This document shows, piece by piece, positions 11,298 through 23,600 of a stretch of DNA of 64,000 bases. The stretch covers positions 1 through 64,000 of the forward strand of contig JALJEE010000449.1 in NCBI GenBank assembly GCA_023231475.1, given 5' to 3'. Source of the stretch: Seison nebaliae (Eukaryota). The translations under genes and the position numbers were made by a program. The notes under the pieces were generated by a model. The model searched no databases and was not told the origin of the DNA. It saw nothing but the letters and a program-made list of their open reading frames with translations. Numbering within the stretch: position 1 is the first letter of the stretch; every line of letters begins with the position of its first letter.

Positions 11298-12908
11298 TTA
11301 AGAACAAAGAAACATTCGTTTGAGTTCTCTTCTAAATCGTGCGCCACTCAGAATGTAAATGTAGAAATTGAAAATGTGAGTGAGGCATTTGATGTTGGAG
11401 AGAGATTCGCGAAGGAAAAAATTGACATTAGAACGATTTGATTTGGATTGTGTAGTGATAAGGAAAGTGAGGGAATATGGCATATACATGAGAATGTAAA
11501 AAAAAGACAATAAAAGTAAGAGACTAGTCGTTCGAGACAACTTCCTCACATACGCCGTTCCCATTAGAGATGTGTGAATTGGTGAATGTTTCCCAATCGA
11601 TCGATGATATGAGGCCATGGGAGAAACGGCAAGGAAATAAGTGACGAGATTAAAAAGAATTAAAAGAAGACACGGAATGAGTAGACATAAAATAATGTAA
11701 ATGTTGTTGTGCACAAACGAATTCTCTTCGAGCACATGACAATGACCATAACGGAAATTCATATAGTTCAAAGTTATGGACGAAGTGATTAAGATGGAAA
11801 TGAGGGTGGAGAAGAGAACAATCAAAATATTATATAAAACTGCACGATGGATATTTGATGTGTTATGAATTGATGACGAGAAACATGGCGAACGGAAACA
11901 TCTCGTACCAAACGGTGTCATTATGGCGATGGTCCGTTGAATGGTAAATGAGACGAGTAACCAATTACGGATACTGGTGAAACTTCTCATACAAATGAAC
12001 ATAGTTTGACATCGTATTAATGATGTCATCATCGAACTAAAATCAATCCGTAACCATGGAAACACTCGTGCCCAATAAATGAACAATAAAATAAGATCGA
12101 GGACAGCGATTTCTAGGAGAAATAATTCGAAGGCGATTGCCGCACCTAAACGACTTCGATTGACAGTTCGTTTTTTAGTCATCGTATTATTCATTTTATG
12201 ACTGATATTCCGTCGTGGCAATTGAATTGACGATTGAGAGATTCGATATTTTCTTTTTGAAGTATTCGCCGAATATTGGAAAACAACATCGTTCGATGTA
12301 CTGTTGTGAGTGGTTTGCATATTCGGTTTCTTCTCTTGAATATAAGTCACCGATTTGGTACGTTGGACTCGTTTCGGTTCGTTTTTCGGCGACGGTTTCA
12401 CCGATTTAGTTTGGAATAGTTTATCGGAATTACTAAATGATTCATTATTGAATCGAAATAATTTGATTTTCTCATTCGTCGTTTTCGCTAGAGAGAATTT
12501 TGAACAAGTGCTCGATTTCATTTCGTCACCTTCGTAGAATATGGAACTACTATACCGTTTTTTCTTTTTTTTCGTATCAGTTCGTAGTTGACAGGAAGTG
12601 GAATCCGATTCCTCTGAGGATAATCGATCGCTCATTTTGCAACGAGTGAAGAGACAATTCTTCTGTCCATTACTAAACCGTTTCGTGGCATTGTTGATGG
12701 ATTGTATGAGGACTAGGATCGTAATTATGTTACTTGGTAATCCGAATATCAAGGTAATATATCCCACCATATTATACACATACCATAAAGTAGTTTCAGG
12801 GAATGAGCTCGTATAATTGGATGTTGACAAATTTGAAAATTGTGTAAAATTAGGGAATTGTGTAAAATTGTGGAATTTTGTAAAATTGGGAAATTGAGAT
12901 CGATTCAT
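11298..12908 (-). CDS. Class A (rhodopsin-like) GPCR, probably orphan peptide receptor, intronless (536 aa)
   Basis: Seven hydrophobic segments; TM1 FGLPSNIITILVL, TM2 LEIAVLDLILL, TM3 WLLVSFTIQRTIAI (DRY variant), TM6 FYILMYMPY, TM7/helix 8 NFYIYILSGARFRRELK; multiple N-terminal N-glycosylation sequons. Confidence 0.88.
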   Translation of the reverse strand: MNRSQFPNFTKFHNFTQFPNFTQFSNLSTSNYTSSFPETTLWYVYNMVGYITLIFGLPSNIITILVLIQSINNATKRFSNGQKNCLFTRCKMSDRLSSEESDSTSCQLRTDTKKKKKRYSSSIFYEGDEMKSSTCSKFSLAKTTNEKIKLFRFNNESFSNSDKLFQTKSVKPSPKNEPKRVQRTKSVTYIQEKKPNMQTTHNSTSNDVVFQYSANTSKRKYRISQSSIQLPRRNISHKMNNTMTKKRTVNRSRLGAAIAFELFLLEIAVLDLILLFIYWARVFPWLRIDFSSMMTSLIRCQTMFICMRSFTSIRNWLLVSFTIQRTIAIMTPFGTRCFRSPCFSSSIHNTSNIHRAVLYNILIVLFSTLISILITSSITLNYMNFRYGHCHVLEENSFVHNNIYIILCLLIPCLLLILFNLVTYFLAVSPMASYHRSIGKHSPIHTSLMGTAYVRKLSRTTSLLLLLSFFYILMYMPYSLTFLITTQSKSNRSNVNFFLRESLSNIKCLTHIFNFYIYILSGARFRRELKRMFLCS

Positions 12909-15104
12909 TGTGAATTATAAATTTCCATTGCAACAAACAAATTGCCTTTAAATAGTTGAGCGGGTGGAAGTGGTGTGAAGACTAATAATTTCCTCTTTCA
13001 ATTAGTTATAGATGAAGATGAAAATAAGATGATTTTTGATTAGAATAAAACATGCGAAACGTATGAATTTCCATAAATGGTTCTGTAGAAATGGCAGGAA
13101 TCAATCTGAGAAATGGAATGGAAAGAATTTGAAGAAATAGAAACGAGAAAATTATATGTAATATCTGGAAAATGGGATACAATTATCTGATATTCAGGCG
13201 AAGAATTCTTACAGGAATCGAAATGGTCAAGACATGTCCGGAATTCAGTGTAATGGTATTAAATTCTATCTCTGAACGTAATCTTCGGGTACTTCATATC
13301 TCTGATTCGTAAGTGGATAAGTGGACCAATTTCGAAAAAGAAATCTGACAAACTCTTAATTCTTTCAAAAAACATCGACATAATTATGATGACGAATGAA
13401 TTATATTAATAAAATGCCAAATTAACAATTGTAGCGAATGTTGACAGAGGATAAATTCTTTCAACGGAAATATTCAATTGCAATTCGTCCACCTTTCATT
13501 CACCTATTTACTGTTCGCTGGTTCTCCAACCGTTCGGAAACTAATCGGACACTTGCCCAACTCTTAAATAACATAAAGAAATCGAATTTCAGCTTAAACA
13601 ATTTGAAATAATTGAGTCTAAATTATAATTATTTGTTTTTTTATTATCACTAATACTAGTTTGTCTAATGATTGGACCGGAGGTTATCCCAATCGAGCTG
13701 TGAGCAGACAGTATGTTTCCATTCTATTTGGCTGATTTCCCTTAAATAGTACTATAACGTCATTTGTTTGAGGCGAAATGCACGCTTACGTATATATTTT
13801 CATTCAATATCATTCTAATAAGTCACTATCAAATTACTCCCATTGGGAATTTAAATTATATTAGACATGAGTATTAGACATATTCCTCCATTCTCAGAGC
13901 GATGAATAAAGAAGAAGTGAAATTTAGAAATTTGTAGAATTTTTTTAATTTTTTCAACAAATTCTCTTACGCCATCAGTTATGAAATCGATAAAATTGTA
14001 CTCCCACACTCAATTTAATGAATATTACATATTACTATGTATTAGCTATCCATTTATGTAAAATGAAGATAATGTGAATGTTTATCTCAAGTGGAGTAAG
14101 GGATAGTAAAGAATGACCAGTTCAGACAAACGAAAGAAATCGGAGAAGGAAAGAAGTAATTTTGAGGAATATACTTATGGAATAATTCGTAAGATATATT
14201 TGTTAAATACCTTTTCTGTATAAAAAATCATTTGGAATAACGAAGGAAGTAAAAAAGAGTCTATTGACATTAAATTCGTCTGTTATTCTGTCAAGAAACA
14301 ATGGTTAAATATCAACAAGCACATCCAAAAATTACGGAAGAAAAATTATTTTATTTTAGAATTTTATTTAATCCATTCAAAATGCCATTTTAATATCTTG
14401 ATGGCATGATATGGTGATACTTACATATATATATTTATCACTCGAGAGGAGGGGGAGGTGGGGAAAATGTTGCTCATTTATCACCGCATCCTGGTATGGA
14501 ATTTATGTCCAGAAATTGAGTTAAATTCAAATCATTCTAACATTGTATGTTCGCATTAATCTCTGTCTCTCAATTTATAGTCCATAATTGAAAGATCGCT
14601 GTTAGTTCATTCATCACCAAATTTTGTATTAATTCACTTCCGACATATATTCGTCTGGTGTTACTGGCGATTACAACAGATCACATCTCCTCCACTCTCA
14701 TAAACATCTTCCACAATTTTCACGACGAATGAAAATGGTATGAAAATATTTATATAAATTCGTAGTCATCCCTGAAGGATAGAAACGAAACAACATTTTT
14801 TTGTTGTTCCATTACATAATGAATTAATAATGTTTCATCGAAGAAGAAATTGTAAGAAATTGAAATTGAGGTAAGGACGACGAGAAGAAATGGGAAGAGT
14901 AATATTATCTGAAAATGACACATAGTAGTGGTAATTTTTCAAGTAGTTTTAAATGGCAACAATTCCGTCGTAGATTAGATTTATCGAGATTAGGAGAAAG
15001 AGATAAGATTTATTTCATTTAAATACGCAATTCTTGTCGATTCTAGTTAGTTGCTAATTCCTTTAGTGTTTGGTTAAGGAATAAATGTTTATCAGTCTAT
15101 TATT

Positions 15105-18100
15105 TCATGCGCATGATAATCGTTTGTTATGCCAATTCAACAATCGAAATTGATTATTTCTCAATGTTGTGTTGGTGGTGGATTGGAGTTGCTTAGGTTC
15201 CTTCCATTGATTAATTGGACAATTAACATTCTGATTAGAATTTCCTTTATAATAATTCTTCGACGACGACGATAATGAATCGAGCGTACTATGGAAAGCA
15301 ACTTTCGACATTGGCGATCGACTACATGTTCGCATATCCCAATCGACTAAAATATGAGGTAACATTAATGAGGAACGAGAGGGAATGATTCGATGTTTCG
15401 CCTCTACATAAGTAGTCGTTTTGTGATGAGGTTTATCGTCTTGTGCCGAATGGTCAACCTCCGAATTGTAGTCGAAGGAATAGAGACTCCCATCTGATTC
15501 ATGAGGCCTTGATGATTGTTGGCGTTGATGGTTGGCGCGCTTAACACAATTTACAGGCTCCTTAGATAATTCGATTACATCAGTATTAGTTGATTTGGTG
15601 ATTTTCTTTTCCTTCTTACGTAAGAACTGCTCTTTATTCTCACTGGAAACCGGTTCGTTTTTTTTAGTGTACATAGAAAATGGGAAAACATAAAGAATTA
15701 ATTCAAAAAACTTTTATTTCTCATGTTCTTACCAATTCTACTTTATTATCTTTCCATTAGAATTATCCGTCTTTCAAAACGAGGGGAATTATTATAAAGG
15801 AAATCGCACATAATCTCACCAGCTTATTTCCAGACACTAATACTTTAGATTTGAAGTACATTCCTCTAATTGGGAATGAAAAGAAGAAGGTAACACTTAA
15901 CATAGTTGGAAGCGAGTTGGAACGAGACTGAAACTAACACAATATTAAGTACTTTCTCCTTCAACAAATTCATCTGCTTGGACATCGTTCGATTCATTTC
16001 AACTTGCGAATGTAATTGTATTTCCTTCTCCTTCATATCATTTACTTGTCGTTCCAATTCATGTTGAACTCTCGAGAATTGTTCTTTCAATTTCACATAA
16101 TTCTTTGATATTCTCCCAGTTTTCTTTTCCAATTCCTGGTATTGTTTCGTCAGATTTCTCCTTACCTTAGTTTCTTTTATATTATCCAGCTGAGTCGCCT
16201 CATCCTTCACATTCTTCTCTTTTCTCGGACTTCTTAGTTCGTTTATGGAACATGCCACATTTTGAGTTGGAATCTTATCAGTTTGCAATTGTACATCATT
16301 CGTCTCTATGTGTACTTTCGTCGTCTTTGTTCGTTTGGTGAGCAATTGAGATAACTCTGCAGAAATTATTTCCCTCACAATTTCCGAATTATTCATGAGA
16401 GATGATCGTTCCAATTTATCTGTTGAGTCGTTGGCAGTGCAAATACATTTGCCCCTCCAATTACCAGATCGAGGATATTCATTACTAAAATAAAAGTAGG
16501 AAACAAAATAAAAGAAATGAACAGAATAAAAAGGAAATGAAAAAAAAATGTTGTACACAATTAATTGTGAACTTTAACAATCGAAATGGAAGGAAATGTG
16601 AATAAAATATATTTTGAGGAAAACGAGCCCTCAGGCATTTTATTTTTAACGGAATTTCTCTCATCATCTAATTGGATTGCCAATGTCAATAATGAAAAAG
16701 AATTTCCGAAATATACTCCGAAATAATAATAATGTCAATTATATAACACCATCGAATTTCTCTAACAATGTTTCAAATTTCAAATTTAACTAAACTCTAA
16801 AGGTTCGTTATTGTTGTTTGGAATAATTCTCTTCGAATCCTTTTCCACACTTTTCTCTTCCAGTTGTTGTTTTTGTTCGTTCGTCTCCGACAACTTTTGT
16901 TTTAATTGCCCCAATTCCTCTTCTAATTCGATTCGTTCTCGACGTTCTCTCTCAAGTAGATCCTTTATGTTAATCGTGATGGAGAATCGATTAATGAAGA
17001 AATGGAATTAGAACTTTCGTTTGTAATAATTCGTACTTCAATTCGGCGAATCGTTCTTGAGAGATTGTGTAATTCTCATTAAAGATCGTCGAACGATGAA
17101 GTTCATTCTTTCCATATTCGATTTGATTCACTTTCCCGATCGTTTGCATGAGAAGGTTAGAAAAGAATTCCTGATTCTTGTCAATTTCGATGGATAACTT
17201 CGAGAATTCTTCCTGTAAAGATAATGAATATTCATTCAATCTCCATTATTATCATTATCATCTAACTGTGAGAATTGACGAGACGATATCATTTATTTTA
17301 TGTCTTAGCGATTCTTCGTTGGACAGTCGATCTTCCTGATAAAGTAAATTGTCAGAATTTTGTTTCTTTCCCTATTTTATTTTTGAATAATAAATTCAGA
17401 TGATAAAAACGAACTTTAATTTCCTCATATTTCTTATCACGGAGAACATGTAAATTTACTTTCTCTATTTCACTCCATTGCGTCTCATCGTCCGTTGTGT
17501 CGATGACCGTTTTCTTCGAGGCACTCCCTCCTTTATATTTGTTTGGAGAACTGCTATTGTTTTGCTTCCTCGATCGATGACGAATTCGTCGTTTTACCGT
17601 ATCGGTACTTCGACCACATCGTTTGATTGGGGGAGAGGGCGTGTTGGGTATAAATTGTGCGGTTGTCTGAGCATTCGTGTCGTCTATGGACGAGACTAAT
17701 TCGGACGTCGCATTTATTATCGTACTAATATTAGTCAATTGTTGATGTGGTGGTGGCTGAGGAAGTGAAGTGGGTGATAACGGTGGAAGGTTCTTCCTCA
17801 ACGACAATATTATTGGTCGATCAGTGACTGAAATATCACCATATTCATCACCTGTCGTGGTGGCTGTAACGTAAGAACAACTTTGAACACCAGAATCGAT
17901 TGGTAATAATGATACAGGTTCTTTCTTATTCATATCGGTCATTTGACTGATTTTATTTTCTTTAAATTTATTTTGTTTTATTTTATTTTCTGAAATTGAT
18001 TCATTTTCAGAACTCTCAAAAATTGGCTCCAATGACTCTTTCTCCACAATTTCCAGAACGGCAGAACCAGTTCCGTCATTTGAATACGGCGAATAACTAC

Positions 18101-19137
18101 TACCGATATATGGCATGTCAAATAAATTTTCGCGATGTTCATCAATTCCACTGATAATCATATCTAGTTCCTTCGTTTCTTCTATTTAGGAGAATGATGG
18201 TGATAATGATGGAAATGAAGGAAATGAAAACGAGGGAAGTCATTGAAACGATTATTAATTTTCAGTTGTAATAAATCGTGTTCAAGAACATATTGTTTCT
18301 CACATGTCTGATTTAATTGACATGTGAGATTGTTCACAATCTCGTCTGCTAATACTGGTTGTGATTCCTTCAAAATATGATAAGGAAACTTAAAGTAAGA
18401 TTAATGGTAATAACTGTTACAATAACTTCGATTTCGTCTCGATTCGTTTCTAATTTATTCGGTTCCTTCTTTTTGCTCATTTCATTTTCTTTACCTTTAT
18501 TCATTATAATGGACAGAAGATTATATCTATGAGAAGGGAGATGGAAAATAAAATGAGAAATTGTTCATTAAAATTCACAAACTTCTCATTCGCTTCATTC
18601 ATGTCGTCGATCGTTGTCTCTTTTCCATTCAGTATTGACAGATTTGGCATTCGATATAAGATGTAATTACGACACGTTGTTCTCTCGTTGATTGGCGTGT
18701 CAATGATGGAAAGAGTACGAAGTGGGGAGATCTTAATAATTTGTTCGATCGAGAACCATGATGAAAGTTTCGTCGACTCCAAATACAATTCTCGTAACGA
18801 GGGAACATATCGATAGAAATCATATGGAATCTCAACCAACGGATTGACTAGAATGAGGAGAATTATTAAAATTAAAATTAAATTTTATTATGAAATTTTT
18901 ATAAAGTGGAATTATTAAATTTTAATAACATGATAAGTCTAAAAATTGCAAGATGGGAAAATCCAATCGATGAGGTAGATGTTCGATGAAATTGTCACGT
19001 AGATGTATTCGCTCTATATAATTCCCGTCGATGAGTTCGGTGGGGAGACTCTGTAATTTCTGATTGTTTCCGTTGAAAAGTTTCTCGTTCACAAAAGGAA
19101 TCAATTTATTACACTCGTCATTATCTTTCAAAGACAT
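15105..19137 (-). CDS. Multi-exon leucine-rich-repeat (LRR + LRRcap) and coiled-coil protein, possibly centrosomal/ciliary type
   Basis: N-terminal IERIHLRDNFIEHLP, LQFLDLS|FNPLVEIP, LRELYLESTKL, LRTLSIIDTPI...CRNYILYRMPNLSILNGKET; later exons coiled-coil (DLLERERRERIELEEELGQLKQKL, LTKQYQELEKK). Intron 1 18929-18848; later ORFs join by short GTT..AG introns; 3' exon junctions less certain. Confidence 0.7.
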
Positions 19138-19761
19138 AATTTCGACAGACGAAACGATTTTTTATCTGACATAAATTTATTGAAATTAAAGTTTCTGACT
19201 TAACCAGTCGATGAAATTGATGAAGGAAATTTTCATAGACGAGCTAACGATCAAGTTCCTCATATATTCTTTTTATGTTCCTAACAGTTATTGATTTTAC
19301 GTCTTGATAGTGGAAATTTCGTCTCATACGGAAGTCAATATTGACATGAAAACAATTAAAATATTTTGATAAATTCAAAGAAAACTTTAGGAAGAAAATG
19401 ACCAAAAAAATAAAAATGTTCAAAAGAAAAACATCTGACAATTGGTCTGTTAATAACAATAATTATCTGCATTATTCCACACAAATTAATCTACTCTTCT
19501 TTTGTTGCGGAAGATAATTGAAAGAGTCGATATTGATATAGTTACCGTCTCCTTGGTTATAAATAAAGAAATGACTTTTCCTTTGAACTTTCATAAAATA
19601 CAAAAATAAAAGCTTTCAAAAATTATTTCAAATTTCAAATAGTTAACAACAACAGTTTCTCTCATCTTAAAGTTTCCACATTTTTTTCTCAGTCAGTCTC
19701 TCCATTTCTATATCTTTTTATTATACCTCCTCAGTAGAAGGATTCAAAATATTTTAAAGAC

Positions 19762-20668
19762 ATGGTTCGTTATTCTCGAACGGTTGACAGCAACCGAGTG
19801 GTCAAAGCTCGTGGCAGTTATTTGCGGGTACATTTTAAAGTTAGTTAATTCTCCTACCATTATCAATGTTCAGAGACGGAATCTGATGAAAATATATCCG
19901 TGTTTCATCTGCATTCTATTGAAATGAAGACAACTGATTAACTGATAATTCCCTCATAATTCTCTCATATTTTTATGATAATTTTATTCGATCTTCAATT
20001 ATATTAATTTCCATCCTCTTTTCCATTAGAATACCAGAGAGGCGGCACATGCCATTAAAAAAATGCCGTTAGTTCGTGCACAACGTTATTTGAAGCACGT
20101 TATGGATAAGGTGGAAATCGTTCCATTTAAACGATTCAATGGCGGTGTAGGACGCAAAGCTCAAGTTACTTTTGTTTTTTATAAAAATTTTTAAATTAAT
20201 AATTATAATTTTTCCAGTGTAAAAATTGGAATTGTAACCAAGGTAGATGGCCAGCCAAATCCTGCAAAGTCTTATTGGAATTATTGAAGATTGCGGAAAG
20301 TAATGCCGATTATCAGGTTTATTTAACCATTTATTTTTCCATGAATTTTTAATTTAAATATTATTAATTTTTAGGGAATTGAACAAGATAAATTAGTGAT
20401 TGATCATATTCAAGTGAATCAAGCTCCGAATATGAGAAGAAGAACATATCGTGCCCATGGAAGAATTAATCGTTAGGGAATTTATTAGAGACGGATGGAA
20501 ATAATTAACTTCTTCTCTTCAGCTTTTATTTCTCATCCATGTCATATTGAGATGATTCTTGGTGAGAACGATACGATTGTGAGTAGTAAGCCGCAGCAAG
20601 ATATGCCAATTAAGAAGAAGAAGGAATCGCGAAAGAAGATTAAACGACAAATGATGATGGGAAAATGA
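19762..20668 (+). CDS. RPL17: 60S ribosomal protein L17 (uL22), 5 exons
   Basis: Exons 19762-19839, 20030-20164, 20218-20316, 20375-20471, 20523-20668 translate [40 protein letters not shown]...[31 protein letters not shown]...[53 protein letters not shown]; missed by the ORF track. Confidence 0.98.
19878..19952 (+). ncRNA. Intronic C/D box snoRNA with a U18/SNORD18-like antisense element to LSU rRNA
   Basis: In RPL17 intron 1 (190 nt, much longer than the other three): terminal stem GGAAT(19878-82)/ATTCC(19948-52), C box cTGATGA 19883-89, 11-nt TCCGTGTTTCA 19897-907 complementary to conserved 28S UGAAACACGGA, C' ATGAAGA 19924-30, D box CTGA 19942-45. Confidence 0.8.
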
Positions 20669-23600
20669 TAATATTTCTTTCGTTTCTCCAAATCAAATAA
20701 AAATTGAGGTAAAAATAAATTTTTTCTTTCACCTTGGCCTGCTATCCATTCCTGTATGGTGATGCTGATGACGAAGACGATGATGATGATTATGATGATG
20801 ATGATGATGATATTCATCTACTATTACTCTCAATTTCATTCGATGGGAGTAATTCGTGATTCTCAGGAAATCGCTTCCATCTTCAAGAAAATAGTTCGAT
20901 GATAATTCCCAATGTTTGACGAACTTCATGGAAATCTCTTCACTTGACGAACTTTCTGTTGAGGAATAATTAATTTTTTAAAAGAAAATACTAGTTTAGA
21001 TAATCTCAAATTCTTCTACATACAAAATAATACGAATTTTGTTTAGAGGATAAATAAGTGATAGAACTTAAACAAGGTAGTAGGGAAATATGAGGGACTT
21101 ATTAATGATGTATTTAGTGAGTTTGGTATGAGTGAATTGTTAGTCGAATGTCGAAAGAAGTTGTTGTTTGCCTATAAGTTACTCTTTCATTTTGCACGCT
21201 CTACATATGTATAAAATGAAGAGAAATTGTACGGATCACTTAAGAATCGTTCATCTGTTCAAACCGTTTGATATGGATATGATACTGATCAAACAACAAC
21301 AAACTTGTTATTTAAATTGATTAGAATACTAATAATTGTTTCTTTTGAACAAGTATGTGGAAGTTATCTGTTTTTCCAATACGTAAAGTTAAAGTGTGCC
21401 TGACAACAACTGTCCGAAGAATTTCGTTAACGGCTGTTTATTGATTAGACTTAATTTATTTTTGTTAATTAATTCGGACGATATTTAAATTGACTATTCT
21501 GGGGAGAAATGTTGACCGAAGTAGAAACAGTAAATGGAAATTAAAAGAGAAGTTGGAAGAGAATTTGAAGATGAACAGAAGAAGATGATGAGAAAAATGA
21601 TTGTTGGAACGTCAATCCTTCTCAACATCCTTCCACCTTTTTTTTCACTCCTCCACAGAACTCGTTAAAGGTCGTTGATGAATCAGTAGTAGTAGAAAGA
21701 AAAAGTGTTTCGTCATGTTTCTTGTCAACAATAGATCCTCGATCAGTGAAGGATTAGTTATCATATTCCCGACAACATCCTTTACCATGTTGTGACTGGA
21801 AACACAACTAGAAATCGGTCAGTTCAAATGGGAATATTCTTCTGATAATTTTATTCACAATTCTATTCTAATTCGAAAAATTTCTTCTTTTTATTGTCTT
21901 TCTAATTTAGTCCGGTTTTTCTTCCTCCCATATCTTCCAAGTCTTTCCATTGTAGATATGACCTGAACGATCTATGTTTATTCATATTCATGAAAATGAA
22001 CGTTCTTAATTATTTTTTTTTGTTTACATCTTTCTCCCTGAAACGACGGAAACGGGAAAAAATGTTTTCTCAATGAAATTTTTTCTTTCATTTGATTTTC
22101 ATATATTTTCTCCATTTCGATCATTTTTACAAATTCATTTCTTTCCAATATTTTATACGTGATAAAAAGATGATGGTGTTAAGACGAAAAATCATATTGG
22201 ATTGGACTACATCATTAACATGTAAATCGGATAGGAAATCACCATATTCCTTCCATCCGTCTTTAACCAACCGAATTTATTTTAAAGAAAATTCATATTA
22301 TCCATCTGGTCTATATGATGATGACGGTTGTTTAAATAACAAATTCATATTATTTGAATTGTTTTACGTTACTAACTTATAATATTTTTTGCACAACAAT
22401 TAATTTGAAGTTTTTCTTATGAAACTAGAGAGAATTCGTCTATAAAAACAAGGTGATTTCTCTCCTCGTTATTATGATATGTGAAATGTTTATGTACAAG
22501 TCAAATAGTCGAATGTGTAAGTGAATGAAAGAAAGTTAGAAGTTAATTAATCGTAAGAAGAAATTGACCAAGAGTTAGGACAGCGAGTCGAAGTCAATTG
22601 TGTAGTAACGGAAATTATGAAATGGAGAGGAATAATATTGAACGAATCCAATTCTACTCATTCGTATGACATTTCTAATCGTCGATTAAGTCACATGAAG
22701 AAAATCGATTTTTATTCAATTTCATTAATTATTTTCCTAATTGATTGTATGTTGAAATGTCGATTATTGGTTGTGGAGAATGATTGATGATTTTGATATC
22801 GTATTGTTTTCCTATTTAAAGTACAATTCTTTTAATTCAATTATCACCGTTTGGTCAGTTTTCTCACATTATTACACCTCCCGGCGATTTTTTGTTGTTC
22901 TTGTCCATTAAAAGAAAGAAGAAGATGAAAGAAGGAGGAGAAAAATTGATTGATTGTTTCATCGATTGAATAATAGGATTGCTTTCTCACCGTCTCATAC
23001 GTGAAGAGCGTAATGATAATGGAAATGATTTTATGAGTAAATGAGAAAGTAGGTCACAAGAACACTTACGTAACTTGTCACATTGCCAATTTTGACATAA
23101 TATGAATAATCGAATAGAAATTTTCGTTTAGTTAATAAAAGTACCAAAATAATTGGCTTCGTTTATTACGATCGCTAATTTTCTTCCTAATTCATAAGAG
23201 AAATTCATTCAAAAGAATTTTGGTTATTATCAGGAAATTTTGATTTTTTCAACAATTCGAAAGATTTCTTGTTGAGATGTGTTGTTGAAAATTTTCGTTT
23301 ATTTCCTTTCTTTTTTTTTAAATTGTATTTTTATCGAACATTTTTCGATAATAACTAACAAGAAATTAATATCGAGAAATTAATTTTTCAACTGTTTCAA
23401 TACATTTGACTGATGCGGTTATGTAAGAGGAGAATTATTAATTTCACCATTTAAATGAAATAACAAAGGATTGAATCGATTGTTCGTCTCGTTTGCATTT
23501 GACCATAGACAATATGATCATAGAATTGATCACGAACGAAACAACATTCCATTAAGAGACATAACTTGTTGATAATTCAAAATGTTTCGGGAGACATTCT

